DNA of 64,000 nucleotides from Nymphaea colorata (lineage: Eukaryota), in contig NC_045138.2 of NCBI RefSeq assembly GCF_008831285.2, positions 27,218,001 to 27,282,000 of the forward strand, written 5' to 3'. Under the pieces are notes generated by a model. The model did not search any database, was not told the origin of the DNA, and saw only the letters and a list, made by a program, of their open reading frames with translations. Both the position numbers and the translations under genes were made by a program. This document shows, in pieces, positions 40,743-53,779 of the stretch. How positions within the stretch are numbered: position 1 is the stretch's first letter; each line of letters begins with the position of its first letter.

Positions 40743-43700
40743 CTTATTGCTATTTTTCCCATAAAAACGTGCACAAGATTCTGTGGAAGTGTGGATGGTA
40801 TACACAAATTAACAGTCCTTCCAAAAGGGGAAACAAAGAAGGCAGCAACCATCATCAGTTGCCTCCCAGCACCTTAGAGATCAGAATGCACAGACACTCT
40901 CATTCACTGAAGGGATAAAATGTTACATCGATGCAAGTGAGTACGCAGCACAAAGTATATGCACATCATTGGGCATGGGATACAACCATTACCATCGTGG
41001 GTTAACGATATAGCCTTCAAAGTACATGAATATATAAAGGTGTATCTGATGCAACTAAAAGGAAATGTGTCAGTAGCAGGAAAGGAAACATATTGAGGTT
41101 AAGACAAGAGGCATAAACCAGTGCTTATGTACAGTTATTTGACATACACTTTTCCTGTCCTATTTCATTCAGCACAAACACATAAGAGAAAAAAATGCTT
41201 GAAATTTCAGTCAAGCTCATTCCATTTCCATAATAATATTAAAAAGCAGGAAATCATGTCACCTTCTCCTTCAACCTGGTTAGAGTCCTTATGTCATAGT
41301 TTGTGTGTGCATAGGACACTAGCTTCAACCAAATAATACTAGCACACATCATCAACGCAATGCCAGAGAGAACAGCAGAATCAAACCTGAATAGAATAGA
41401 ACAACTCAGAGATCAAATTCGTCCAAAAAGAACCATAAATGGTACAACGAAGAACAACTGCCCACACTTTTATGTACATGGATGCCTGTGCAGATAGCAT
41501 AGGCACACAGATTACACTTTAAAGCAATAAGATAGTAAAAATATGAACATTATATCTAGATAAAACTCTTGAAAGAAAATTCCAAATTACTATGAAATTA
41601 AAAACATCAATCAAAAACTATTTTGAAAAAAAAAGTAAAAGTAACTGTAATTGATGGAAAATTTTAAAATAAACAATGCAATAAATAAAGGAAATTACTA
41701 AATCTAACAGCATGATCAATTGTGCCCAACGCTGGTGTTACCGCATCCTAAAGCATCACAAGACATCTGACAATCCATATTATGCCCACAGTGGGATGGA
41801 CCCAATAACTAACATGCTTGCACGACAACAAAAAACAACAAGAATGACCATCACCAAGTACAAACTTCAAGTAAGCTTGTATTCTAAAATGACATCAAAC
41901 TAGGAGAATTGATCAGAGGATCAAACATGTCCAACCATAATTTTTCATGAAAGAGGTACAGAACGATCTACCGAAATTTGCTGCTAAAGCATAAAATGAT
42001 AATAGAATGGAAAATAACTATTTATACTCTAAATAAATATGAAAAAGGATTCTTAAAAGTATGAGATTGCATCGAAACCAACATACTGGCAAGAAAAACA
42101 ATGGTCAAGATGATCGTTTAATCTTTTAATTTTTAAATGTATATTTAAGCCTAATTTAACATAATCAAACCACAGTTACAGGACACAAGTACAACCAATT
42201 TCTGCAATTATTCTCAGAAACAGGAAAATAAGCAAAATAAATCTTTCCGAAAGGCAGATAGACCAACCTCAGTATCACAAAAACTGGATACATGATCACA
42301 GATGTTGTAATCACTATGTGAAGCAGAACAACAACCTGCAAAAAATAACATTGGAAGCTCAGAGATACTTTATGTGTTAGCTTCACAACTAGACAAGAAA
42401 CTAAGAATAGAAAAACTTAGAAATCACATAATCAGACCATCATAAAGCTGAAGTGCACAAAAAATTCAGCCATAATACAATCAAAACCACTAAACTATAA
42501 ATGCTGCTAATTAACTTTATTCTAATAAGTTGAAATTCATTTTCATTAGTGATTCTTTTCGTAAATAGTCAATGGAGATAACTCCATATAACTAGTCTTA
42601 CACCTATGGCACTACCACTACCCATATCGAACCTAATACTTAAACTGCACAGAAGCCTCAACCCAAAGGATCAACACAAAATTATACAGTAATCTTTTCC
42701 CAAGTCTTGAGACAGAAACCATTACATGCAATGATCCAAAAGCTACATAAATTGTAGTCGAAGATACAGGATGCAATCAGCAGTAGGATTTTCCAATTTT
42801 GCAATCCTTCCAAAATACAATGTGGCTAGGTTCCATTCACCTGTACTTACTGGTTCAGAAATGAATTTATGTTGCACCAGCTTTTCAACCAGGAATGCAC
42901 ACAGAGAGAAAACTGGCAAGGTAAGACTGAACAAATACAAATATAGTTAGCCATATGGAAAAAGAAAAGATAAAATTAGCAAATACACTTAAACGAAAAG
43001 GAGGTTCAGAAATCATTACCAGCACATCAGAAGAGGCCAGTCGCTAAGATAAGTTGAACCAAACCAAAAACCTGAACTAATTAGCAACCCATACTGCAAA
43101 TAGAAGCCAAGATGTTCATTCACCAAAATCTCAAGGGCAAACAAACATCTAAAGATCAAATCGGTAAAAGTAACATTGGAAGTTGTTTGTGCGAAGGTTG
43201 GGATCCAAATCGACCAAGCAAAAGGAAAAACAATCCACCAAAAAGACCGTCCGACTTACCTTCATTATGTTTTCGATAATAAGCCTACTGTTCACGGCAA
43301 CGAGAACAACGATGCAAAGGTTAAAGAGCCCAGCATGACTCTGCCAAAATAAAATTCTATTTAGAAGCCTTAAACATGTACGCCTGACTTACAAGGAAGA
43401 CAGAAAGAAGAGGGGTGAAACAGGAGAGATGCAGGACATTAATCCTCTGTTTCAACAACATGAAACATATTTTCCTTCTTTCGTGTGGTTAGAACTTCGA
43501 ACACCCTGCATGGCACAAAACCATCACACTCACGCAATTGACTGATTCAGTAGATGAAATGTTACTTCTAGGACCCCAGAAACGTTTCTGTAAATGCACA
43601 ATGTATCCAAGCCCACGAGAAAGAAACTCGCGATCGCACCGACATTCGAGTGCTCAAACATGCATGCCACACCAATCAAACCAGCATATAAGCATTTAAC

Positions 43701-44432
43701 CCACCGAATATTTCAAATATCTCGATAAGTTGGAAACTATGTTCTTTTCACTCTGAAACATCCGAATTTTCTGATGATCCAAGCCGCACCCCACCCGCCC
43801 AACTCAGAAAAGAAAAATATCAAAACAAAACATCAAAAAAGAGACAAGTACCACGTCCTGAATCTCAAAACTTCACAAAAAGACAATCAAAACGACCTAT
43901 GTTCATGACATACAAATTTCAAGAAACCTCCAAGACCGCAAGCAACAAAATATAAATCAGACTTTAGACAATCCAAAACCTCGCATCTCGCAATCATCAA
44001 GAATCAGTCCTGAACCCAAAACAAAACAAAAACAAACAAAAAAACAAAAAGAACCAAGAGGCAAAATTAAAAATAAAGGACCGAACTCCGAGCTGTCCAA
44101 CCGGGAAGAAAACCTGAAAAGAATACCTGTTTGAAGATCGCGTCAGAGCTGAGCGGGCTCTCCCTGATCCTCCGGTGAGCCGGGGCCGCCGCCCGCAACG
44201 CAAACTTCTCCGCAATCCCGGACAGGTCCTGTCCATGCTCGCCGGCATGACTCTCTTCCGCCGTGCAGCTGCCCCGGTTCCCCCTTCCGTTCATGTTCCG
44301 CTCCTCCACCGCGCCCTCCGATTCGGAAGCGGACGCCCGCCTCCGTCGGAGCCTCATCGACGTCGAGTCGCCGCCACCATCATCTGCGTCACCTGTGAGA
44401 GTCTCGGGCTCTTCCGGTGCATCAGCAGCCAT
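26079..44432 (-). CDS. DGAT1: Diacylglycerol O-acyltransferase 1 (MBOAT family), 500 aa, 16 exons
   Basis: Exons in transcript order: 44432-44127, 43340-43260, 43093-43020, 42926-42851, 42335-42268, 41386-41263, 39404-39306, 38854-38753, 38643-38507, 35407-35326, 35197-35177, 33917-33855, 32165-32118, 29718-29656, 28152-28099, 26183-26079 (1503 nt, GT-AG, in frame). Motifs [86 protein letters not shown]. Confidence 0.97.
28631..28814. repeat. Intronic tandem duplication, ~107-bp period
   Basis: taat.caattca...agtagtaaagaac.tcctctga.tgatgggctgaaac.cagataaag.ccta..ggagtgt occurs at ~28631-28707 and ~28738-28814. Confidence 0.85.
30425..30742. mobile_element. Non-autonomous hAT-type element (CTATGT termini) in DGAT1 intron 13
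   Basis: TIR ctatgtcacc / ggtgacatag. 8-bp TSD cttagaaa at 30417-30424 and 30743-30750. Confidence 0.88.
32845..33331 (+). mobile_element. LTR-retrotransposon 5' LTR (~475 bp) plus tRNA-iMet primer-binding site (PBS); internal region lost
   Basis: TG...CA ends (tgttag at 32845; ttaca ending 33319), immediately followed by TGGTATCAGAGC (33320-33331). Internal TATA-like ctatatatat at 33121. Confidence 0.8.
34661..34991. mobile_element. Non-autonomous hAT-type element (CTATGT termini) in DGAT1 intron 11
   Basis: TIR ctatgtcaca / tgtgacatag. 8-bp TSD cttcaaga at 34653-34660 and 34992-34999. Subterminal gtacc/ggtac motifs. Confidence 0.9.
35915..37022. mobile_element. Non-autonomous hAT-type element (~1.1 kb, CTATGT termini) in DGAT1 intron 9
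   Basis: TIR ctatgttgc / gcaacatag. 8-bp TSD attcacag at 35907-35914 and 37023-37030. Subterminal gacac/gtgtc motifs. Confidence 0.88.
36761..36965. mobile_element. GC-rich-ended hAT-type MITE inserted in a (TA)n tract, nested in the 35915-37022 element
   Basis: Termini taggagcg / cgcccctg, with (TA)n on both sides. Confidence 0.8.
40675..40738. repeat. (AT)n microsatellite, ~32 units, DGAT1 intron 6
   Basis: Read directly. Confidence 0.95.
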
Positions 44433-44534
44433 GGCTTCGACACAGAGAGTCGTGAGAGAGAGAGAGAGAGAGAGAGGTGTAGGCTCTCTGGTGGATTGAT
44501 CGGCCGGCCTTCGCCCTCCGGCATTTTGAACGAC

Positions 44535-44593
44535 GACGTCACTCGGATTCGAGAGGTGATTGGGTCCCACATCTGGCGCTTTACCGCCACGTA
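44535..44593 (-). promoter_or_regulatory. DGAT1 proximal promoter motif cluster: ABRE (ACGTGGC), TCP site (GTGGGACC), C-box/as-1-like TGACGTC
   Basis: Plus-strand gccacgt 44586-44592, gggtcccac 44562-44570 and gacgtca 44535-44541 lie 100-160 bp upstream of the ATG. A (CT)n tract is in the predicted leader. Confidence 0.45.
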
Positions 44594-45736
44594 GGACGCC
44601 GTTTCTAATTCACTTCACAAAATAACAGCGTTATTCATTAAATATTAAGTCCCCGCCAATTTGCTGCCGCGTAGACAAGTCTACCTCTGATCCAGCATAG
44701 TTGAACCGATCCGGTATCCGGTTCAGTTCACAATGCCAACCAAACTCTTATTTTATTTTCTTAGGCATCGTTTGATGCACACAAAAATTACTATGCATCA
44801 AAGAAATTTTTCCCTGTTCGTATTATTTTCTCGTGTAACATCAAACACATGAAACTTTACCATGTGTTTTGCATTGATTTTGGGAAAAATTTCCACGCAA
44901 AAAAATCAAACCTCTCTAGGTCCGACTTTTTTTCACTATAATTTTACCCTTCTTTGCATCAAAAGTTGCCTGCTTTCCGCTTCTCTATCTGCTTTTTCTA
45001 CCATGCTTTAATTTACATGTTAATAATCTTTATTTTGCTTTACAGCACAAAGAGTGACACCTCAATAATTTAAAAGGGTAAATGACCACCTATCAACCCC
45101 GATATTATTAGATTTACACCAATTAGTATCCTCAACACGACATAAATTTATGGTAGCATTTGTGGACAATTGGTTTTGCCGGACATCGTCGGCAAAATAT
45201 AACCATATAAAATTATATTAATATATAAAGAAAGCTAGTACCCAAAGTAAAAGCACCAAGTCTGGTTTCCATCCCATCGGTTCTGTTTGCTTTGATCGGT
45301 TTCCAACAATGACAACCCAAGCTCCACAATCCGTATGACAAATATGTGCATATATATAAACTCGTAAATAACACCTTACCCTCTCTAATTTAACCAAGGC
45401 AACATATGAGGACACGCAATCTTTGAACCCTTTTTAGTATCGTATGATTATAAATAAAAATCAGATCTCGTTTTTTTTTTTAAGTAATCGTTTAGGAATT
45501 GTTGATTCCTTAGACGGCGAATGAACAAATCCGAGCATTATTTTGTTTCAAATTAGGAAACCGACAAGGTGACGCACCAAGCAGATACATAGCGTCGTTT
45601 AGCTTAATTTTTATAGGGGGTTGGTATAATGGGACAGACATTGACTTAGGGGTGTTTGTTTGGTAACAAAAACACTAACATAATGAAACACTAGAATACA
45701 ATGCATAGATATTCATTTACAAAGTCTTTTTAGGAG

Positions 45737-46437
45737 CAGTAGCGGAGCTACCAAGTAACTGGTGTGGGCCATTGACCATGCTAACCCATGAGATCTTCCG
45801 CTGTAATAGCGATGGACCTGGGTCTAGGGCTGAACACGAGCCGAGTCGAGCCCGAGCTCGGTCAGCTCGAACTTGGCTCGACTAAGTAAGACACGAGTTC
45901 GACTCGGCTCGAGCTCAAATATAGCTCGACTATCCTGGCTCGACCTCGACTCGATAGTCACTTGTCGAGCTCGAGCTCAACTCGATTAAGCTCGATAAGC
46001 TCGTTTACAGTCATCCATACTTGTTGAGCTCGAGCTCGACCGTGAGCTCGACTAAGGCTCAAATACGTGAGCTCGATTAAGGCCCGAATACGTGAGCTCG
46101 ATTAAGGCTCGAACCGGTTTTTTTAAAACTGATATTTTAGTGACGAGCCGAGTCGAGCTTTAACGAGTCCACTTGAGTGAACTCGAACTCGACTCGATTA
46201 GTTAAACGAGTCGGCTCGTGAACTCGAACTCGACTCGTTTAACTAATGAAGCAGCTTGAACTCGCTTACGAGTCCAGCTAAAACGAGTCGAGCTCGACTC
46301 GTTGTGCACCCCTGCCTGGGTCCAACAACATGCAATGCTCATTCTAGACCCAGGTCAGTGCACCGCAAGCACCCGCCCACTAAGCTAAGGACTGGTAAGT
46401 GTCTCGCCTCTTGGCTAAAATTTTTTGGCTTCGCCAT
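45737..46437. mobile_element. Older GCGGAGC-ended MITE interrupted by the 45825-46314 element
   Basis: Termini cagtagcggagcta / tggcttcgccat. Its internal inverted repeat gacctgggtc...gacccaggtc is split by the insertion. Confidence 0.5.
45825..46314. mobile_element. hAT-type MITE (GAGCTCG-rich), ~1.4 kb upstream of DGAT1
   Basis: Imperfect TIR tagggctgaacac / ttgtgcacccctg. 8-bp TSD cctgggtc at 45817-45824 and 46315-46322. Same family as 15335-15725. Confidence 0.9.
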
Positions 46438-47191
46438 AAAGATGAGTCTTATTAATTTTGGCTCATATCAAGTTTCGTTTCTAAAATCAAATTAAAAACA
46501 ATATATGTTATAGAACGGATACGAAGAAAACGTTACTGGTGAGACTTGGTAAGTGCAGGCTCATTCAATTCATATATTTGAAGAACAAAGAAAAAAAGCT
46601 TCGCATTAAAAGTTTAAAATTAATGCTTTCAAGATAATACCACAAACCATTGCATCAGCACGAACAATGAACCGGCAAAGCAATGTGCACCGCTAATCAA
46701 TGTAATTCACAAGTTGACGTGTGAGATATAAGCAAGCAAGAGGCCGAGATGAATTCGTCGAAAAATGTGAACGAATGTCACAATCCCACCAGTAGCCGTC
46801 AATCGTCATGGTTTATTAAAGCTTAACTTTAAAAGTTGTTATATGCATGGTGGCACCTAATATTTGAGCATCCCATCGATGATTTTTACCTTGTGAAATT
46901 TTTCAGTTTCACATGAATATAAAAGCAAACTAGTGGACTACTCCATCACGTTTAGAAGGAGAATGGGAATAAATTTTGGTTTGAAAAGCAAGCTCATTTC
47001 AAACCTGTATACATTTAAATATATGCGGCTAGGCAGAAATCCTTAGTTGTGAAGCAACTTTGTTGAGTATGAAAAGAACCATTTATGAGCCTATGTTTTT
47101 AGCACTCAACCGGAGGATAATCCATGATTAGCGCGAAAGTGATATGATGCAAAAGTTTTAAGTATCATCTCGATGACACATTCAGATCCCT

Positions 47192-47403
47192 GGTTGTGTT
47201 TTAAGATTTGAGGCTGCATAAAAAGGTGTGTTTTAGGACATCCTCGATTTAAATAAACTAAGAACTTCAGTAGCGTGGATTTTAAATCCATGCTACATGT
47301 TAAAAACCATGGATTTATGGTTGGATAGGTGGTGGTCTGATCTTAAATCCATGGATTTCATATCACCACGGACCTCAGATCTGCAGTGAGACAAACACAA
47401 CCT
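47192..47403. mobile_element. Tourist-like MITE, second copy of the 14690-14884 family
   Basis: ggttgtgttt...caaacacaacct termini. Shares the tgaggctgcat and ggattttaaatccatgctacatgttaaaaacc blocks. Confidence 0.75.
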
Positions 47404-49807
47404 CAAAGAAAATTAGTTTAAGAAAATTAGTTTTGTGAAACATAGTTTTGTAAAAAAATAGTTTTTTAAACGTCTTTGTGCAAGTTTTGGTAATAGAACC
47501 AAAACATTTTCTTTTTTTTTTTAAAAAAAAAAAAAAGAAAAAGAAAACTGGAGGGTGCTAGGTTGTCCGCTTTATTTTGAAAAACAAGTGAGTTTGGGCA
47601 AAACTCACTGTTCTTATCATCCTGAAATGCAATTTTGGAAGTAAAAACTATTTTTTACCTTCAAAATTTGGTTTTGAGGTATCATCCAAACGCCCCTACG
47701 CTGTTGATCTTTATTTTTTTTCCTATTTGAAAACCATACTCATGCCAAGAAGCTTTGTCGCGATCTCGCTTGGGAATCAAACAAAGTGGAGTGGATTCAT
47801 TATTAGAATCATAACTTACCAATTGTTCAAATAACGGTGCCTTCTGTTGGGTCCAACTGAGAATAAAGTTGGGTCTGCACACGATTAAAATGATTGGGAA
47901 GCATTTATTTATTGTTTGGGACAAACGCCACTTTCTGGAGGTTTAACGTAAATCTCATGTCCAAGTCAAGTGAGAAGGCGATGGCCTATTTGGGGACCAT
48001 ACCATGGACAGAGCGGGGCCTTCTATTTTATTAGTATTTAATAGGGTTCAGCCCATGATATGCCAAATTGCATGCATATACAACCCGCACCAAGTTCAAT
48101 GAGCAGTAGAAACACTGACACTCTTCTTTCATGAATTTGCCTTAAATATCAAGTCAAATTTATAAAACATTAATTCTAGTGTTCTATTAATCCGACATGA
48201 TATTTGAAGCATAATTATAAAGCACTCGTAAAATATTTTTGGTGCTAAAATATCACTATGGAGTCCTTTGGCAGCAGGGACACAGTGTTCCATGAATCTA
48301 CATAAGAAACTGACAGATTTATAGAACATTAGTTTTAGTATTTTATGAATCCGTTTAAATTTGAGGTAGATTTATGAAACACTTGTAAAGTGTATCTGTT
48401 ATCAAACAAACTTGATGGCTTGTTTGGCAAATTAAGGATATGTACAACAAAAGTTTGAACAAATTCACAAAATATTTTTTAAGTATTTCATAAATCTGTC
48501 CGAAATAGTTATGTACTACGAGCACTCTGAGCCCTAAAACTCTGATTCATATGTGGCTCCGTCTTCACATGTTGTCCATCCCCATTCAAGTCATGTGTTC
48601 TGCCATTCAATGGTCAAGCTCTAGATCTGACTCCAATTATGGAGTAAAAGATACTTTAATGCATGAAAACGACCTGCCCAAATGGCAACCTTGTTAGTCT
48701 GCATTCATGCACGCCACATGAGAAGCCTCCTTCTTTCTAGATCTGGATATGGTAGGCCAGGGATGGATCTGGACGCACTTGGACCCCACCATGGGCTATT
48801 TGGATCTCCAATCTATCTTATTGCTAATTTTAGCCACGGAGCTGTTTGATAAGAATGGGTGTTTAATTGCTAAGTGTTATATCGCATAGAGTTTGATTCA
48901 ATTGCCTTATGTGTGGAAAGGACACCATTTTCCTCTGAGATGTGACAAATTTGGTGACGGCAGATAGCGTCCTTAAAGCTGAAGGGGCTGGCCGTAGGCA
49001 CGTGAACGGCTCACGCTCGTATCGAATTCAACTCTTATTGAATTTGAGTAATTGTGTTTCGATTCAATCTCCTCTGTAGATTCTATCTTAGAAATCTGAA
49101 CCGGGCCCGATTAACACAAGATCCAACATTTATATGTAATTAAGTTTGATTTTTATTGGGTCCTGTTATAAGGTCAATTTCATAGTTAATTTTTTTTGTG
49201 GAGTCATAGCCAAATATCATACAAATATTAAAATTCGGTTATGAAACTGCATATCAAATCTCAGTCCAGTTAATAATTTTGTCTACAATTTTTTTTACTA
49301 AATCTGGCTAACAGTTCATAAATTGGGTGGTTGATGCAATATATCGGATCCATTTATATCTCTAGCTTAAATTGGGAGTATAAATGACAGTAAGAAATAA
49401 TCTGGTCATTCAAAAGACTGGGTCGTTTCATGGCCATCCATCCAACAATTTTTCTGTTTGTTCTTCTTCAAATGTTACCGTGCACATTTTTTTAAAAAAT
49501 CACCAAACTTTGCGATAACATAATTTAATAACTTTTATTCTTATATATATATATATACACATGTGTGTGTGTGCACTGTGTGTCTACGTGTGTATAGTGG
49601 ATCTTTGGATTTCTCCATCCAAGTTTGTGCTTACAAATCATCAAGCTTATCATAACAATGCATCAAATCACTGTGAATGGATTAAAGGCAAGATGGACAG
49701 AGGATTTCAAAATGTTCATCATTTTTATCTTTGTTTTACTTGCAACCATCCATCAATATGTGTATGTGTGTGTGCGTGCGCGTGTGTATATGGCTAGAAT
49801 CACCTAA

Positions 49808-49969
49808 CTCACTTATAAGGGTCGTTCAATCCATCGCGATGGACAGTTAAGAAAAAACAATAAAAAAAAAGTGTAAATTAATAGTAAATAATGAAACTAT
49901 TCATCGTATTTTCTTATTGTTCTTCTCTCAACAATCCATCACAATGAACTAGACGGCTCTCATGAGTAA
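49808..49969. mobile_element. Fold-back (hairpin) MITE-like element
   Basis: The left arm ctcacttataagggtcgttcaatccatcgcgatggacagttaagaaaaaacaataa is an imperfect reverse complement of the right arm ttattgttcttctctcaacaatccatcacaatgaactagacggctctcatgagtaag. Confidence 0.65.
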
Positions 49970-51271
49970 GCAGGAGCTTCCTATATAATTAGAATCACCA
50001 CTTAATTTTCTTATATGTACATAAAATATGAGTTCAACTAACCTTATCTTAAAACTAGTTATTTTTTGTCATCTTTCTTCTATTTTCCACGTGATTTGTT
50101 GTTAATATAGGCCCACTTAATTTAAGACAAAATAACATGATAGCTAAGATTCGAGGCTGCATAAAAATATGTGTTGGGGAGAGATCCTTACATTAATCAA
50201 ACTGAAGATTTGTTATTCCGAGTATTGCATATTATTATTGCATATTATTTCGGCAGTCTCCTTCGACAGCAGATCCTGGTGAATTTTGTCACTGTCTTCA
50301 TTATTTAATTAGTTTATTTATTCTCTCATACACGAAAGAAGACGCCGACCTGGTTTTATTTTCTGCCGCCTTCCGGCGAGCTGCCAGAAGGAGATCACAT
50401 AAGATTGGTTGGACAAGTTCAACGGTAAAAGATGCGAACATTCCTTACATTGGAAGCGATTCTCTTTTATTAGGCTGAGCATTACTTGTCAGGAAGGTTT
50501 TTCTCGGTAGGTTTTAGTTATCGTTGATTGTGCTGCAAGTGAGAAGTCAATGTCATCTGAAATATAGCATACTTTTCAAAATAATGGCAGCCATTAATTT
50601 GTTGGTTAGAAAAAGCACTACAATGCATAGTGAAATTTTTTATGAGGGAGTCGAATTAAAGTTTCTACATTTTGAAAGAAAGATAATTTTTCAAATTTTT
50701 TATATAAAACAAGTGAAATTTTTTAAAATTTATATGTAATTTAAAAAAAATTAAGGTGGGGCCAAAGCCCAAGCGGACCCTACCTTGCCTCCGCCCCTAG
50801 CATTAGGAGTACCCTTAAGCTTCATTCTGCCCTACCGGTGACATAGAGGTGTAGCATCACACGAATCAAACTAGTAAGGTTACATTTGTCTAGCCACTAG
50901 CCCAACCAGATATGTTATGCCCCTGTCACATGATGCAACAGATATTCAATCTGTTGTTGATATGAGGTTATGAAATTCCTCTCATAATAATCAACATAGA
51001 GAAAGAGATAAACTAGAGTTTTTAACAGCAACTAGCAAAAAGAGCATTGTGTTGTGGAAAGATAGTATTTCAAAACACATCTTTTAAGAGCACCATATTC
51101 TTTTCGGAAATATGGTGTGTGCAAGTACCAATGTTGTTTCTAGATCAAACAATCATATGCGTTGCATAATTACATAATACCATGTTTGATATTATAAACG
51201 TATAATATTCTTGAAATAAGAAGATAAAACACAATGTTCTTATCAAATGCATTGTAGGATCACAGGTCCTC

Positions 51272-51470
51272 TAGGTTGAGTTTGATTACCATGAATTTCA
51301 AATCTATCACTGCAGATCTTAGATTCACTTGGCCCTCAATCCAAACTTGAATTGATGTTTTTTTGCACTATATCGCGGATTTGAGATCTATGTTGAGGGT
51401 GGATGTTGAAATTGTGGATTTCAGATCCCCTCGGGTTTGAGATCTATAAAAAAAATCAAACGCAACTTTA
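51272..51470. mobile_element. Degenerate Tourist-like MITE related to the 14690/47192 family
   Basis: taggttgagtttgat...atcaaacgcaactt termini, with ggatttgagatct/agatcttagat motifs. Confidence 0.5.
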
Positions 51471-52241
51471 AGTTGTTAGAATAAAGTGTAAACAGGTTCA
51501 AGTTGGTATCGAGCTTTGCTCATTTAAACCCATTCATGCCTTTTTATTTCAATATCAACTATCAGTGCACCCAAAAAAATTAATGGGCTAGAAGTAGAAA
51601 ACAATTTTAAATGTTGCCCAACACATATATTCTAAAATATAAAAATATATACTTAGAGAGAGAAGCCATTCATCAAAAGGCAACAACTTGATGAATGATC
51701 ATTGGAAAGCGTTGCGTGCAATTTACGACGCTTCCCACTTGATCTTAACAATGACCTATTATGGCATTCAAGTTCGTGATCTTTATTTGTTTTTAAACAT
51801 AAAAGTCTGATGATTTCTTCGTCTTACAGGTTTGGCATCTTCCAAAAGTATCAATAACGGATGCGGAGATGAATTAATGGGTGAGACCAGCAGCTCCCCA
51901 TTATGATATCCTTGATTTGGTTTCAAGTCCAAAATGGGAAATGAATCAACAGAGATTGGACAAGGTTTTTTATATGAGATATTTAGATTCCTCTAAGATA
52001 ACGACAGAGAATAAAGTAGCTCAGTGATAGCTCCGTGATAGGCCAATAGAGGTGCAAATGGGTTGTACCGTGGAAAACTAAACACGTTATTAGATCATCT
52101 CTAAAGGGTTGATGTATGGTTTGGAGTGGCAGTTGGTAGGCGGTCAGTATTCGAATGTCATACGTGTGTCAACCTGCAAAAAAGAGGTCATCGATGCACA
52201 AATTAAAGCATAATGAAAACGGCACCTCCATCCACTAAAAG

Positions 52242-52411
52242 CAAGGGCGTAGGGAGGGGAGGGGGGGAGGCTAGGCCATGGCCCCACCCTGGCCAATAAA
52301 AAAAATTACATTGAAAAAAATAATTTTTTTTAATTGTGCCATGTATTTTTTTTATTTAAATTTAATTTGGCCCTACTCAGATCTAGAGGTTGGACTGTCG
52401 GCTCGCTCCTA
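52242..52411. mobile_element. GC-rich-ended hAT-type MITE
   Basis: Termini caagggcg / cgctccta. 8-bp TSD actaaaag at 52234-52241 and 52412-52419. Confidence 0.8.
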
Positions 52412-53084
52412 ACTAAAAGCATATCATTTATCTTAAAAGAATAAGGAGTTGAGTGCGAGCTTGGTCTATTTTTCGAAGGTAAAACAAAAATTAAGTCACT
52501 ATCAGAACCGGAACAGTATAGAAAAATCCTTTTTTTGGCTCTCTCTTCACAAAAACAAAAATCACTCAACCAGATCTGGCCCATTTGCAACCCCCTACAT
52601 TCAGAGGGCAAAGAAATTGTGTTCAAATTTTTCTTGCATTCTTTTGGAAAGAAAAAAAGAAACATTACTGATATCCCATAAATCAGCCCATCTCACCCAA
52701 AATACTAATAAAGTTACTAATTTTTTTAATTTTCATTTAATTTATGATTGTGTTTGATACGTCCGGCACAGGCTGATGTCTGTTGGTAAGTAGGTTTCAA
52801 TTACGAGATGCAAACACTGCACGGTGACAATAGTTTGCTCTACGTTCTTAGGCGAGAGCCTCTAAATAAGAAAATGGCTTGGAGAATGTGTGCGCATTGT
52901 CTCGAAGATGATGATATAAAAGTCCATTTAGTGGGCAAGAGGGAAGTATTTAAACTGTTCTTATCAACATGCGTCATAAGAAAAAGAACTAACACATTAG
53001 TTAGCATGGTGCTTTCAAGCCATAATTGAGGTAAATTGTTTCTCTCCATTAAGTCAAAAGAATTCAGAAAATTTGAAGTCTACG

Positions 53085-53390
53085 TCATAGTTAGCAAACC
53101 CATGACTTGGACTCGGATTGGCAGATGGCTGGGTCATTAGGTCAGCGAGTTGGAGTTGACTTGTCGACTCAGTCAAGTTTTGAAATAACCATGATGTAAA
53201 TCACTACAGCTGAATCGAGCTAGTCAAAGCCAAGTCAAGCCTAGTCAAGGGTGAGTCGAGTCAAGTCGGGCTGAGTTCAGGGCAAGTTAGAGGCGCGTAG
53301 GGCCAACCTTGACTCATGGCCGAATTTTTAGCTATCTGAGCTGACTTACGCACTTCCTGAGTCACCCCCGAGAGTTTTTGCCAACTAGAG
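53085..53390. mobile_element. GAGTC/GACTC-rich MITE remnant
   Basis: catagttagcaaa start and tttgccaactag end are imperfect inverted repeats. Many gagtc/gactc motifs between them. Confidence 0.5.
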
Positions 53391-53779
53391 CCTACAAAGT
53401 GACATCATTTAAAGTTACATTAAATAGTTAACATAATATATATCCATGTGGTGCAAAAATGTGGTACTAAAATGCAGGTTAAACTATAGGAGGGCATCAC
53501 CCAAAAGCACTGCAGAGTTGGCACCATGGAAGAATGTGGGGAAACATGGAGGCTTCCGCTCTTAGCCGGGTGGTAGGATGAAATACTCTCCATACTCACT
53601 CGAATCTCCATACTCACTCGAAACTAGAGTAATATGTCGAAGTGCAAACAAATAAGTGTGCGTTGAAAAATTAAGTAAAAATGCTTGTTATCCTTCATAA
53701 GTTCGAACCTTTTGTGACTAATCATGCGCTCCCTCGCGGCCTCACCACCTACTTAATACTAACCACATGAGTGCAAATC

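Noticed and set aside
44564..44573. GTCCCACATC resembling an snRNA upstream sequence element (USE)
   Set aside because: No TATA box at the required spacing and no snRNA or telomerase-RNA-like sequence downstream; better explained as a TCP site.
44175..44594. Plus-strand ORFs over DGAT1 exon 1 and a 167-aa extended start
   Set aside because: Antisense shadows of the GC-rich exon. The extension needs a non-ATG start and reads through a CT microsatellite.
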